Source: Takakia lepidozioides (taxonomy: Eukaryota > Plantae > Bryophyta). From it: 64,000 nt of DNA. Each line of letters begins with the position of its first letter. The stretch's first letter is position 1. Where the stretch lies: assembly GCA_030704615.1 (NCBI GenBank), contig CM060733.1:49042001-49106000 (forward strand), read 5' to 3'. The position numbers and the translations under genes were made by a program. The notes below the pieces were generated by a model that was not told the origin of the DNA, made no database searches, and worked only from the letters and a program-made list of their open reading frames with translations. Below are positions 13,439 to 26,650 of this stretch, piece by piece.

Positions 13439-16183
13439 AAGTACTTGTTAAAAATCCGATCAAGGTGATGCCACTGAGGGTCGCGGCAATGGTTGCCAAA
13501 TCGAACCACCTCCCCAGCAAATATTTTCAGCTCATCCCTGTCACCCCCATAAATATTATTAGAAAAAAAGGTCTGAGTCAGGATTAAGTAGACCTCTACC
13601 ATGATCTGTGCACGTGTTTTGTCGGGATATGGAAGAGAGAGAGAATGTACTCATAAGACGTTTGCCGTAGCCTTGTGGCCATAGACACTGCGCCCGGTTT
13701 GAACAGAAACAGAGGGAATAGACACTCTTTTTGTGAGGGGCTCACTCCAGTAGTGGGACTTACCTTGACATGGAGCCAATGGGTGCTTGAACCAAGATTT
13801 AGATGGAAGACTAAATTGACAATACGCGGACCACTTTCTGGATTAGTTCGGGCTTTCCAGATATCCTCTAGAAACTCTTCACACTAGCATCAATCTGCTG
13901 TGTGTGAGCAGCCCAAAAGTTAGACCCCAATAGGGCTTTAGGATCAGTTTTGAGATTTTGAAAGTTGGTGAACAGAGGCGCAGCAAACCATGTTCTTGAT
14001 GTTCCTGAAGAGGGTCACTCTCTTGTGCTACGCCTTGATCTTGATCAATATCAAAGAAGTCTGTACATTGAACGTAACACAGCTTTTGGTGTTCGCATAC
14101 AGGTTGAGGACCATCCTCCACATCTTTCCCGACCCCAGAAGACCAAAGCCGGAGCCACAGCCCCTCATGCCATACTGTGTCATAAGCCTTTTTGAAATCC
14201 AGGAAGACAAAAGTGGGCTTTCCTTGTTTTTTCCTTCCCTGGATAATCTGGCTTAGAGTAAAGATATGGTTGCTGCAGCCGCTGTCTCCGAAAGCCAGCC
14301 TGGCCTTCATGAAAACCACCTCTAGACTCCGAAGGGAGAGAGAGAATGTACTCATAAGACGTTGTTTGCCTTGTGGCCATTGACCCCGCGCCCAGTTTGA
14401 GCGGAACACAAAGGGACAGAACCTACCTTTGTCAGGGGCTGACGCCCGTAGTAAGACTTAACCTTGGAACAATTGATCGAGTTTTCCAGATCCCTTTACA
14501 CAGCATCAACCTGTTGTGTGTGGTTTGCCAATAACTAGCCCCAAAAGGGCCTGGACTTTTGGCTCAGCCTCGAGACTTTCAAAGTTGGTAAACAGAGGTA
14601 CAGGCACAATTCCTTGATAGGTTTGAAGAGAGTCTCTCTGGTGAGAGAACCCCGGACAATGAATCAGAAAATAGAGAGAGAGAGATGAGCACAGACTTAA
14701 ACGCCCATTAAGGGCATACCTCTTATCAGCTGCTGCAATCCGCTTCAACTCTTCCAGGTTGGTTGACACCAAGAGTTGTACACCCTCTGAGAGAAGGGTC
14801 TCTTCCTTCAGCACCCTCATTTCCTCTTCGCCCAGTGACTGCCTCAAATTACACCCCTTCACAATAGTATTTGCAACTTCAAAAGCCAGAATACCTATCT
14901 TGTTGCCTTTTGGGGCCACCCCAGATGCAAATCCACGACCCGGGTTTAGGTTGGTCATGGTACTCCCTAGAGTGTCCAGTGCTTCCACTGCCTTCCCCAA
15001 GCTTGCTGTCCCCGCTCCCCTTAATACCTCCCCCACCTGCCAATTTGCTTTGCATCAATCCCTCTTGCACATCCAATGGCAATGCTACCTTGCTGGTAGC
15101 ATAATGGGCCTCTCTCCCTTTCCCACTTCCCAATTACCCACCAGTCCGAAGCCAGTATGACTACGCTCAGGAGATGGGTTATGCATTGCAGAGAATTCAC
15201 ATAAATATCTTTACCAATCCTTGGCATGTTTCTGTTCAAATCCCCTGGAGAATCCCTGTGAAGTTTGACTCTTGCTCTCAGAAAATCACCAAGTGCACGT
15301 TTCTACAGCGTTGACAGAATGCTGGTGTGGCTAAAGGTGCTGACTCTGCTCTCAACTGAAACAATCTTCTTTCTTTAAAAGACCAGAAGACTCATCCTTA
15401 ACTTCTGTGATAGTCCACCTTTACAAGTACAGCGGTCCCCCCTTGGCAAATATGTGGAAACAAAACTCACAGATTAGAATCCTTTTTATGATTATCTAGC
15501 TGTCTCCTCCCATGTGTTCCTAAAGTGGCAAGAGTGATACACATGATAAATCCATGGCCAAGTTATAAGGTACCACATTATTGACCTAATGCCACACACA
15601 GTTCAGTTCGAGTAACATCGGGATCAGATAGACAACTATAATTGATGTGGATTGACAGAAAGGAAGAGGCAGAGACAATGTTGAGGAGGGGAGCTCGATA
15701 CTAGCCTGATAGATTATTGCCTGATGTAAGAATGTACTAACCCAGGAGAGCAAGAACTATTTATGTGCAATAACGTACCCTAAAGGCCCCTTTCTTGGCG
15801 ACATGAGTGGTCTTTAATCTGACAGAGATGGCCTTGTCAGAGAGCATTCTCGAAAGCCGCTTCTTCTCTTCTCTGTTTCTGTCATCTTTTTCATCTGAGT
15901 TTGCTCCATCAAAAGAACTTGTTGTTTCAAATGAGATGTCATCAATTTCAGGGCTGAAAGTCGCCCCTTTCTGACTAGTTAGTGCCAAAGAACCTGGCTC
16001 CTGCAGCCCTTTCTCCATCGCCTCCATGGTCCTTAGGGGCATTGCATACTGATGCAGAACAGGCCTGCTTGCAAATGCATTATTTGGTGATGGCCATGGC
16101 TGGCCGACTTGGCTATGGTGGTTCTCAATCTCACCATCAGACAATAGTTCCACAGGCGCCCTTCTTGAGCAAGCTGTCCCCAT
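6891..16183 (-). CDS. DUF3475 + DUF668 protein, PSK SIMULATOR (PSI)-like; about 12 exons
   Basis: Exon peptides in order: MGTACSRR (N-terminal Gly/Cys acylation-type start), KIGILAFEVANTIVKG, ELKIFAGEVVRFGNHCRDPQWHHLDRIF, ELYHELHALDRF, LKKRSLWAKILEEV, LGSSGLALHYANIINQID, SRPNSVPPNTRDTLYQGLP, ILDWLVPVAANTT, LLQTLHHANQESVESYILELIVGLHHLVS. Internal exon borders are approximate. Confidence 0.9.
8425..9990 (-). mobile_element. Degenerate non-LTR retrotransposon (LINE) fragment, RT to 3' end, intronic
   Basis: Minus-strand RT motifs FLDVKR-AYDTVWR, QGVAQGCTLSP, PALMFADD; frameshifted. The 3' part matches the other LINE copies in the window. Confidence 0.8.
11686..11880 (-). mobile_element. LINE 3'-end fragment with (TC)n tail
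   Basis: (ga)n-gaatgtactcataagacgttgtttg...ggccatagacccc family signature, also at ~10801, 12562, 13198, 13343, 13635 and 14336. Confidence 0.7.
12562..12716 (-). mobile_element. LINE 3'-end fragment with (TCTG)n tail
   Basis: (gaca)n followed by gaatgcacccataagacgttgtttacagtagccttgtggcc, same family. Confidence 0.65.
13195..13440 (-). mobile_element. Two short LINE 3'-end fragments and a (GA)n microsatellite
   Basis: tagagaatgtactcat at ~13196 and ~13343; (ga)n at 13399-13438. Confidence 0.6.
13635..14620 (-). mobile_element. Two tandem LINE fragments (13635-14335, internally deleted RT + 3' end; 14336-14620, 3' end)
   Basis: ORF 13879..14409 contains CSNHIFTLSQII...FVFLDFKKAYDTVWHEGLW...DQGVAQ. 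Both units end in the gagagaatgtactcataagacg signature. Confidence 0.8.
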
Positions 16184-18249
16184 GCTTTCCTCTCCCAGAA
16201 CAGACAGATGACTGAGAAAGAGTATGGGGAGAGACAGACAGGGGATTGAAAGAGGAAGCGGTCGGAAAGGGAAAGAGAGTAACGTGGTAGTAAAGAACCC
16301 TGTGCTAACTAAAGAGTTAGGACCAAGCTTCTCTGCTTCTAGTCCCAAAATCTCCTCACTTGATGCAAATGCTAATAGGCGAATGGAAATTACTCTACTA
16401 AAAGCTGAGGTTTCGTGTATGGAGCTTCTAGGGCACGAGGATAGTAAAGAGGGGGATCGATTGTATGCGGAGGACCAAAATGAAAGCTAAAGTGATGAAT
16501 TGTTGAGTCTGAGAGTGAGTACGTCTTGAACCTGCAGTAACCTGCTAGGCGGATGACCATGAAAGGTGGCAGGTTGTTTGATTGCTGGTACTGGGTGTCG
16601 GAGTGTCTCTTCCAACGCCTGCTTCTACCTCCGGAGTTCTGCCTGTCGTGCTTTCTCATGTTGCACAAATTTCGAAATTCACATTGTAGCCATGGAGAAA
16701 GCTTTCAGCAGTTCTGAGTTTTTGGTAGACAATCCACCTGGCTAGGCCTCTTGGTCTGTCTACCTGTCTATCACTATGAACAGCCAATCATTGAAGATCT
16801 TCATTTCTCTAAGACACTGCATTCAACTGTGGATGTGAAATTCAGTTGTATCAAGTACGAGCTGGAGGAATCATAAAGATCACTGCAAATTGGAACGAGA
16901 ACTGTTTATTTGTATCGACTCCGCGCAGTATTCCCAACAACTACCTCATTGTCAGTTTCCCCGAGCTTAATCACCAGACCCGCCTTTCTACCCTTCGCCA
17001 TCTTCTCTCTTGTCGACATGAAAATATCCACCCGCATCTGACCATGCTATGACTCTTTAGAAGTGCCTTGAAAGCAATGTATGCTCCATGAATGGCTAAC
17101 AACCTCAGTTGACCAAACAGTGCTGCCGTATTCTGTCATATTCCCCCCAGCCGACTCTGAGGGACGTATGGCTTACAACATATTCAGCTTGTCATTCACA
17201 TGTTGATCGTACACTATCCGAGTCAATCGCAACGCTTGTTCCTGCTCCTCCAGTCCACTACTCAGGGCAGAGCGACACACAAAAGATAAGAGAAGGCAGA
17301 AGAAGCAATCGGACAGAGCGCCGACCTAAAAGTAAAATGAACAAGTTGCAAAGGACACTAGAACTGCAAATCAACAAGGAAAAAGCCATAAGACGAGTCA
17401 GAGGCAAAGTAAGAAAGAGAAATCAAAACATCCAGCTTTGTGGACAATTCAGTTCCCTCCATAGACTTTTGCATGCACGACCGTGTGTCAAATCTTCCCA
17501 AAAAAACTGCGCCTGGATGCACGAGCAGCACCACAGCGAGACCGAAAGGCTCTGCTGAGCAGTCAACACTCTTCCCACTAACAAGTCACTAACCTTCTCA
17601 CTGATCACGCTTCTCACTAATCACACCCTCGAAGCCTCAGACTTCGACTGGATTAGTGAGTCATCTCGTTTAGTTAGTGACAAGCCGTGATTAGTGACAT
17701 GGGCCGGTGGGCCCGACTCCTCGCTGGAGGATATAAATTTCCATTTGCTCTTAACTAATAATTCGGACGTCCAATTAATTATAATTAATTACTAGCTCGG
17801 ACCACCGGCTGTAGGCGGTCGTCCGACAGGATCACGGCAGGCGATCCCAACGCTGAGAACGAATAGAATCTGAGAAATGGACGAATGTCGTTCTTCTTTC
17901 GGGTTTGGGTTGGGTCAGTAGGATGAGATCACGTTTCCTGGGAACGTGGGAACATGGGAACATAGTCACGTAGAAAAGGAGGAATGTTTCCAAGTTTGGA
18001 GTAGCACGTGGGTCAGTGCGCCAGCCCACTTGCGAGGTATGGATGAAATTTAGAGGTGACATTGGATTGGCCCTTCACACATCCATCTATGAGGTCGTTC
18101 TTTGACCTGAGTTGACCAAGCCGCCGGAAAATTAGCGGCATCTTCCGGCATAGACATCTGGGCGACGAAATCGGTGCTCCTACGGTTTGTAATTTTATTT
18201 ATTTTTTCTTATTTTTTTCGGTTTGTAATTTTTTAAGAAAAAATACAAT

Positions 18250-19060
18250 TAGTTTTTCTTTTTCTTTTTCTTTTTTTCTTTTCTTTTTTTTTACTGGAAA
18301 AGGGGAGTTACACAGCCCCCTACGTTATATTGAAAGAAGACAAGGAAAAAGAGTCGAAATCTTTTCAAAATATACTCCGGTCGCTAGGCTATTCGGACGG
18401 TACCTATTGGAAAGCCCTCGATGAGGAGGGGTGCACCGACTTGGTCTCATAATTTTTGGACCTGTGGTGTGGGTGTATATATCTGTTTACATATTCTATT
18501 TCAGGTGCGTTTTCCTTTGTAATCTAGTCAGTGATTCATCCACGGAATTTCCAGGTAGAAAAATAATAAGCAGATTTTAGCTTGGACAAACATGACACGC
18601 AGTGGAGCATCACGGCCCACTGTGGATTCAAGCCCGGACGCATCGTGGAATTTTCGGGGAGCCTTCAAGGTTTGAATCCACAATGGCCGAGCGGTTTTGC
18701 ATACATAAAGCTTTTTTTTACTTTCAATGAGACAGTAGATATACAGATGTATTCGGTTTTCAGAGGTAAGATGAGTGGGATTTGGACAGTCCCAAGGAAG
18801 GTGTGGTGCAATTGTCTTGGTCCAGTATTCCCCAAGACCAGGCCGGAGGTGGGACACAGTGCACTTGGTTTGGAACGGTCCTGGGAGTTCACCTAGTCAA
18901 CAACTCGCATTCAACGGCTTGTAGAAATCACTAATAGGTTCAACAACCCCAAGTTTGACATGCCAAGTTGCCGCTATGGAGCTCATTTGGGAGGGGGAAA
19001 TAAGAAAAGATGGAAGGATGCCAGACCACTTGAGTCTAGATTTAAGTGGAAGAACGAGTT
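18250..19060 (-). mobile_element. Possible L1-like 3' remnant
   Basis: T-rich tract at 18250-18292 (poly-A on the minus strand) and a degenerate HLPWDCP peptide resembling a zf-RVT end. Weak. Confidence 0.3.
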
Positions 19061-19479
19061 ACATATAGCAATAAAAAATTAATAGTTTATCTTTATATTT
19101 AATCTTTTTTTAGTTATTTTTAGTATTCATCTTTTTAGTCATAACCTAAACTTATTATAATCATTAAAAGTTATATTATTGTACGAATTAAATCAACACA
19201 TATTTATTATTAAAAATAATAGAACATTATTCAAAATTTAATTTTTATACAACCAGTCACTTGTAACTACACAATGCTCTTAAACTTGTAAAATCAAGTA
19301 TGTTATATATATATGTGTATATATATATTCAAAGATCTATCACACAACATTCAGTCTCACTTTCATTTTCTAAACATCTAAAGATCGGACATGTAACAAT
19401 CTGATTCTAAGTATTTCAATCTATTTTTTTCTTTCTACTGTAATTAATTAAGAGAGTAGGACTATAGGCAACATTGTCA

Positions 19480-20545
19480 AAAACTGCGTCTTTGTTTCTG
19501 TTGCTTGTTTATGTTTCTCTGTTCTTCCGGTTCTTTGGCAATGTTTTTTTTAGTTCTTCTCAGTAGTTTTTTTTATCTTTGTTCTTCACTTTTGGCTCTC
19601 TGTTTACGTTTCTTTCTAATCTCTAGTCTTTCTGTGTGAGTTTTTCGTTAGAATAGAACTTTCTCTTCTTTTTTCTCTTTTATTTTGTTGTCTTTTTTTT
19701 CCTTGAAAACTCTATAAGTATGCAAAAAGAGGATCATTTCCTTCACTTTCTTTTACAAGCAAGCTTTTTGTATAGAATAGAATCGTCTCTCAGTTCTGCT
19801 CTTTTGCCATCGTTTGTGTTTCTTCTTTGCTTCTGTTGTTTGTTTATGTTTCTTTGTTCTTTCGGTTTGTGGCAAAATAGAACTGTCTCTTAGTTCTTTT
19901 CAATAGCCTTCATTTGTTTTTTTCTTTCACTTTCTGTTCTTCGTTAATGTTTCTTTCTGTCTCTGTTCTTTGTATTTCTGTGTTAGTTGTTCAGCGGAAT
20001 AGAACTTTCTATTCGTTCTTTCTCTTTCGTTTTGTTTTCTTTCCTCTTTATTTGTGTTTCTTCTTTGCTTTTGTTGTTTGTTTATGTTGCTTTGTTCTTT
20101 CGGTTCTGTGGCAAAATGAATTGTCTCCTAGTTCTAATTTTGAGTAGCTTTCATTTGTTTTTGTCCTTCGCTTTCTGTTCTTTGTTTATGTTTCTTTCCG
20201 ATCTTTATTCTTTGTATTCCTGTGTGAATTGTACAGCAAAATAGAACTTTCCATTCTTTCTTTTTCTTCGTTCAGTCTCTTTCGTTTTGTTTCTTTCTTC
20301 TTCGTTTGTCTTTCTTCTTTGCTTCTGTTGTTCTTTCAGTTCTGTGGCAAAATAGAACTATCTCCTAGTTCTTCTGAGTAGCCTTCATTTGTTTTTTTTC
20401 TTTCACTTTCTGTCTTTTTTTATATTTCTTTTTTATCTTTGTTCTTTGTATTTTTGTGTGAGTTGCTCAGTGGAATAGAACTTTCCATTCTTTCTTTCTC
20501 TTCGTTCTTTCTCTTTCGTTTTGTTTTGTTTTGTTTTCTTCTAAC
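19480..20545. repeat. T-rich degenerate tandem repeat, period roughly 230-250 bp
   Basis: Recurring aatagaactttc, cttctttgcttctgttg and gtggcaaaatagaact blocks. Confidence 0.75.
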
Positions 20546-20599
20546 ATATCAGACACACTATCAGATAACTACCAAAAACACTATCTTATATTTCCAAGA

Positions 20600-21400
20600 A
20601 ATCATCAAAATTCATTACACTGTGATTATGCCACTTGAATGTTACATCATAATCTATAGTATATATGATATTCAAGCATGATATCAATATAGTATATACA
20701 ACTTAGAATTATAAATATTTAATTATAATCAAAATTTTATATATAATATAAATAAGTATATAAAAATGAATATTTATATTATATTATATTTAATAATAAA
20801 TAAGTGTATTTTAAAATCTAGCTATAACCTAACGACGTCGCTACATAAATCAACTATCATTCTATCCATCAACCAGTCAATTATCATTCCATACATTATC
20901 ATAAATCAATCATTATCAGTTACAATCATGTGTTATTTTTACTCACTACATATTTTATTTATTCATATCACTTTATATCTTATCATTATATTTTCATATT
21001 TCAAATTTAAAATATTATTATTTATATAAATGAAAATACTAAGATATTTATTTAATAAAATAAAAATTTATTTATTTATTTATTTAAACATAATTATGTA
21101 TATTACATATTATAAAAATAAATATATTATCAATTTATGTCATGCTTTCAATGTCAGATTCATCATTCCAATTTAAATCTAATCAATCAAGTTATCTATC
21201 ATATTACATCTCAAGAACTTCAAATATTTCAAATATACTATTTATATTAACGAATTTATTTAATGAATAATAATTTTAAATAAAATGTATATATAATAAT
21301 ATAAGATGTATTAAAGACTTTAAATATAAATCAATATATAATGTATAATGTATAATACTATATTGTATCATGTTTCCAACCTCAGATTTCATCATTTAAA
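20600..21400. repeat. Extremely AT-rich low-complexity tract
   Basis: Base composition is almost entirely A/T. Confidence 0.7.
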
Positions 21401-21649
21401 TAAATTCAAAACCTTTATGGTTAATATTTAAGGCCTTTGGGCCATAATTTTGTATGCTATAATGGATAGCTATAAGGGTTCGAATCCCTATACAAAAATA
21501 TTTTTTTTGGTGAAAACCAGGTTGAAACCAGTCCAATCTGATATAGGAGTTCATATTCGTATATTGTATAATGTGTATATATCTATATGTATACATCAAA
21601 TATGACATGTATAATATTGATCGTAATCTGATATACCAATAATGACGCA

Positions 21650-22520
21650 ATAAGAAATCTTTAGAGTGATTCTAAGAAACTCTTGGTGTGAATGTGTTGT
21701 TTTTTTAATCACTCTAAAAAATCCTTAGAGCGGTTCTAAGGGATCCTTAGAGCGATTGCAAATAGCAATATAGTTTATTTTGTTTTCTTGCTCTAAGTGA
21801 TGCTTAGATCAAATGTGAATAGCCATTTAGATTTTTTTTGTTTTCCCGCTCTAATAAATCCTTAGAGCGGCTCTGAAGGATCCTTAGAGCAAATACAAAT
21901 AGCAATTTAGCTTTTTTTGTTTCCCTGTGGTAGAAAATCCTAGAACGGTTTAGAGCGGCTCTAAGGGATCCTTATACCGAATGTAAATAGTAATTTATCT
22001 TTTTTTATTTTCTTACTCTAACTAATACTTAGATCGAAAGTAAATAGCAAATCAGTTTTTTTTGTTTTTCCACTCTAAAAAACCCCTAGCTCTAAAGGAT
22101 TCTTAGAGCAAATATAAATAGCAATTTAGCTTTTTCTGTTTTCCCGCTGTATGAAATCCTTAGAGTGGCTTAGAGCGGCTCTAAGGGATCCTTAGAATGA
22201 ACGTAAATAGTAATTTAGCTTGTTCTATTTTCCCAATCTAACAAATCCTTACATTGGCTCTAAGGATATTAAGGGATAGTTAGAATAAATGTAAAAAATA
22301 TGTTAAGTTTATCTTCTTCGTCATGGTTGACCGATTTGTTTTCCTGCTCTATGAAATCCTTAGAGCGGCTTAGAACGCTATAAGGGATCCTTACAATGAA
22401 CGTAAATAGAAATGTAGTTTTTTTTTATTTTTCCAATTTAAGAAATCCTTACATTTGCTCTAAGGGATCATTAGAATAAATGTAAAAAATATATTAGGGT
22501 TTTTTTTCTTGGTCATGGTT
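21650..22520. repeat. Degenerate tandem repeat with near-palindromic core ctctaagggatccttagag
   Basis: Repeated aaatccttagagcggctctaagggatccttag...aaatagcaatttag units. Confidence 0.8.
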
Positions 22521-23398
22521 GACTGTTGAGGCCATAAGGCATCCTTTGAGATTTAACTCTTCTTCCCCTTCAATAATTCAACTATTAACAATATAGTTAT
22601 TTGGCTAAAAATAATGTGATTTTTTGGTTTAGCCAGAACTTGTCCTGTTGTCTTGCCGAGAAACAAAAACTTGGCACTAGCTGGCATCCTAAAAACAGTG
22701 AGGACAACAACTTACGGATATATGTATAACTTCAATGGATGCATATATACTACAATAACTTCAATGGATGAATTATATGTACTCTATTATAGATTAATAT
22801 TGTATTCGCTAGTTTTGTTGACTTAGAAGTTTTGGTGACATTGCTCTTGAAAATTTGTATATGATTGTAACAATGACCTGTATGTTGTACTTGTAATGCT
22901 TATATTGGAAAAATCAATTTTTCTCTGTAAGGGCTCCTGAGTCCTGGTGATGTGATGGTGGTGTTGCTACCGTAGATTTTCAGAACCATAAACTGTATCT
23001 TGTGTCGGACAGCATTCTCACATTATGGATGAATATTTTGATAGTGGATGAACATGGATTATAAAATAACAGTATCTAGTCAATGCATGGATAAGTAGAA
23101 ATTTATTTAGTAAATTTGAAATTTCTTTCAATCACACTTTCTTTCACTAAATGTAACTTTGAATTTTGTGTAGCCTTAGTTAGGAAGTCACATTGCTAGC
23201 TGTAGAGGAAGGGCTTCCGTGAAGCCAACAGGTGTGGAGTCTAACATGGTCATTGAATGACAGAGAGATTTTCAAATGCTCTGCATTGTCGTGATATCTT
23301 GACAATGATGATCTTTTACATGTAGATAAACAAGGCGTGGGATACACGGAGGCCCCGCCATTCTTTTATTGATATGAAGTGTAAAAAAGAAAAAAGGA

Positions 23399-23649
23399 GG
23401 GACTACGCATCAAGTTGGCCAAAGTGACCTTAACCTTACATCATGGGTTGTTCCCATGAGACTTAATGGGAACATGAAAGTTTTTAGTTCCCAAGTTGGG
23501 AACATGTTACACTTCATGCTGCCAGACCTAGGGACTTCGCATCAAGTTGGCCAAAGTGACCTTAACCTTATATCATGGGTTGTTCCCATGAGACTTAATG
23601 GGAACATGAAAGTTTTTAGTTCCCAAGTTGGGCACATGTTACACTTCAT
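23399..23649. repeat. Near-perfect tandem duplication, period ~132 bp
   Basis: gggact(a/t)cgcatcaagttggccaaagtgacc...catgttacacttcat occurs twice. Confidence 0.9.
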
Positions 23650-23661
23650 ATAACAACCAAC

Positions 23662-24192
23662 ATGTAGCCCAGCACTAAGGGCATATACGAGTGTTGGGCG
23701 GTTCTTAGTTTTTTTTAATATACGCCGGGTCCGGATACTTGATAAATTAGTGAATGATATATCCTGTAGATCTGGATATTTTAATTGATTAAAATTCTAA
23801 TAAAATATTAATATTTGATTTGATTTTCTTGTATCCGGTTGAGATCCGGTATTCTGGCTACATATCCGGATACAATCCGGTTATTAAATCTGTTTATATC
23901 GGGCGGGTAGGATCCTATCCAGATCCTCCGTTTTATGTATCCGCTGGATATAAATGATAGCCGGATATCAAATAGTTGCCGGATCCGGATCCGGATACAT
24001 TGATATCCGGGTTGATATCCTACTATTGATATCCTGATGACTCTATATCCGCCCAACACTGGCATATACCCTCTTACGAGTGGTTGTGGGTTCAAACCAC
24101 CCTATTGGTTGTTACAAAGGTGTCGGTAGGAAGTAGCCCTTCTGGGTCAAGCGACAACATAAGTTATGCTTGCTTCGGCAACGCGTCCAACC
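23662..24192 (+). mobile_element. tRNA-derived SINE (interrupted by a MITE)
   Basis: A-box-like tagcccagcactaagg and B-box-like ggttcaaacc. The body matches reverse-strand copies at ~25850-26650 and ~32098-32240. Confidence 0.65.
23689..24061. mobile_element. hAT-type MITE
   Basis: TIR (g)agtgttgggcgg...ccgcccaacactg; 8-bp TSD gcatatac at 23681-23688 and 24062-24069; internal atccgg/ccggat repeats. Confidence 0.85.
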
Positions 24193-25849
24193 CTGTCGGG
24201 GCAGGGCCAATAAACCTTATGGCTCTTTTCTACTATTTCATTTTATTTTATTTTGGCTCCATTGTGTCTTTTTTTTTTTTAAACCAAACAACATTCGTAA
24301 AAGTAATTGTCATTCTTAAGCTATGGAACACACAATACACTATGGTGGCCTGCCTCTTATTCACCATAAGCTATCTAAAGAGAACTTGAAATTAATTTTA
24401 TCTATTGTTCACATTAGAGCCTTTGTTACGTAGTCATATTGCATGCAAACAGCCACTTAGGTAGCAATGACCCCTCTATGTATGTTAACTTACATGGTGC
24501 CCTAGTTTAATACACATATACGCATGATATAAACATATCAAAAGATTGGTCAATTATAACACAATGTTGTTTTCTACAATGATCTATTTTAAGCATCGCC
24601 CAACACATGACCCACACTGCAAATGCCACTTTACAGGTGGTTGTAGCTAGTCCATATCAATGTTGGTCTGGCATCTAGGTTGTACTTTGGTTATAGAGAG
24701 TGAAGTAACTAAGAGCCACTTCACCTTGTGGCTATATCCCTTTCAAAGGTGGGCTAGTACCTAGTATAAGCAATGGTATGAAAAAATCCAAGGGGCTGAT
24801 TGGAAGTGTTCTAATACCTAGATGAAGAACCCACTAGGCTAGTATCAATATTGGATAGAAAAACATTCTAATACCTGAGCCAATACTAGGTTAATACTAG
24901 TTCATTGTGCCTAGGTATTGAGAATTTGACGCAATATTTAGAACCGACCGGCCATATCAAAATCATTTTCTTTTTGAAATATTTAAACCTGACGATGTGA
25001 AAAATGTACTACCAATATAGCACCGGTTCATGTGTTGGATGTCACCCATTATGGCCAACCTAGCTATAATACCTGGCCATACCCAGCCAGCCACGTTGGA
25101 TCAGACCTACAAATTGAGATTCTCGGACTGTACATATGGATATTCTACTTAGGAGAGAGGTAGACAGTGGTGAAGCAAGATTAAGAATATCTAGATATAC
25201 TTACTTAGTGGTGGATCTGGTTTGGAATTGCGCTGAACATTGAGTCACTCATGTGCAGTAAGAATATGAATACTGAATGTGTGAGTATTTGGAAACTTTC
25301 GAGTCCTAGTTATACTAGTCGTGTGTCCCCATTCCAGACGGAATGCAGTAGCCCTTTCGAGTGAAGTGAACATCAGTTACACTTGCTTTGACATACGTCA
25401 ATTTCTTTTGTCTATTTAAATGAACAAATATTTATACATATACAGTTATAATTTAATTGTTTAAATATATTAAACGTTTATGCATTATGTACTTACATAT
25501 AACAAAATACTATTTCAGACATTTGTCCAATTTCAGCAATAAGTAGAAATTTTTTCCTTTCAATAATCTTAGTAAAATTCTCAAGGGCAACCTCCCCTTT
25601 TCGTTAAAAGAAAGTAAAAAACAAACAAACAAACGAGACTTCGACTCAATTTCATTGTCTAGTTTCATTCGGTTTGATTTAGTTTCTTTGCTTCATTATA
25701 TTCAATATCGTTATGATAAAATATCACTCACAATGTTGTTTCTTTGAAAAGAAAAGTATGATCAGCCTTCATGGCCTTTTTTTCATTTTTTCCTTGCTTT
25801 AATAAAACTTTACGGGCCTTTGTCCCCTTTTGCTATTGAAAAAAATAAT

Positions 25850-26650
25850 TATGACGCCTCCCGAAATAAGCGTAAATTATGGTGTCTTTTGACCCCGAAG
25901 GATTACTACCAGTGTTGTACTGGTATATAGGGTTAGCCCCTGTATCAATAGTGGGTATCAACCTGATATGAGAGAACCTACCAGGCGGGTACGTAACGAA
26001 CAATACCCAAGATAGACCATTGTTACCCTATTTCGGGCGGCCACCCTACCATACATATATTGATACCTCTCGTGAATGCAGAGAGCGATACCAATTTCAA
26101 TCCTAGGTAGGGTCTTGCAATATACTAACACACGTTCTACGGAAGGGTGACGGTTGTGTAGAGTGAACCTTTGGGCCGCAAATTGCAGTTAGGGTGAGAG
26201 ATTTGTTAGATTTGGGGTGGTTGTGTACTTGCAGCTGTGATTACACCAAGGACGGTGGTGGCAATGGACAACTTGTGGCTGGGTATGCCTATGTATGTAT
26301 TGGAAACCCTTGATGTCACATGGAATTCAGCCTATCTATCGTGGGAATAAATGTCATACCTGGGTTGATATCTGCCTGGTATTGCACAATTCCAAACCCT
26401 ACTATTGATATCACATACTGGTTCTTGCAAAAAGCAATACTTATACCAGTATTGTACTTCAGAAATCCTTATTCGGCAATACCTAGCTAGGGCCATACCT
26501 GTGTTCACATTTCAAAAAAATCAAGCCCCGGACCCAGTTGGTATGTTAAAAATTCAATACCAGTACAACACTGATTCCTACCTTCTGGCTACAAGGTGGA
26601 GATCATTTGTGACACCAATCGTAGATTGAATCCATAACCACTGGTCTACA
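25850..26650 (-). mobile_element. Second copy of the SINE (interrupted by a MITE)
   Basis: gacgcctcccgaaataagcgtaaattatggtg...ccccgaagg | ...tttgtgacaccaatcgtagattgaatccataaccact aligns with 32098-32225. Confidence 0.6.
25910..26573. mobile_element. hAT-type MITE
   Basis: 17-bp TIR cagtgttgtactggtat...ataccagtacaacactg; 8-bp TSD attactac / attcctac (1 mismatch). Confidence 0.85.

Noticed and set aside
19914-21029. Hydrophobic F/L/I-rich ORFs resembling membrane proteins
   Set aside because: Products of T-rich and AT-rich low-complexity repeats
23662-23690. tRNA gene suggested by A/B-box-like motifs
   Set aside because: No cloverleaf, interrupted by a MITE, and continues into a repeated body, so it is a SINE head
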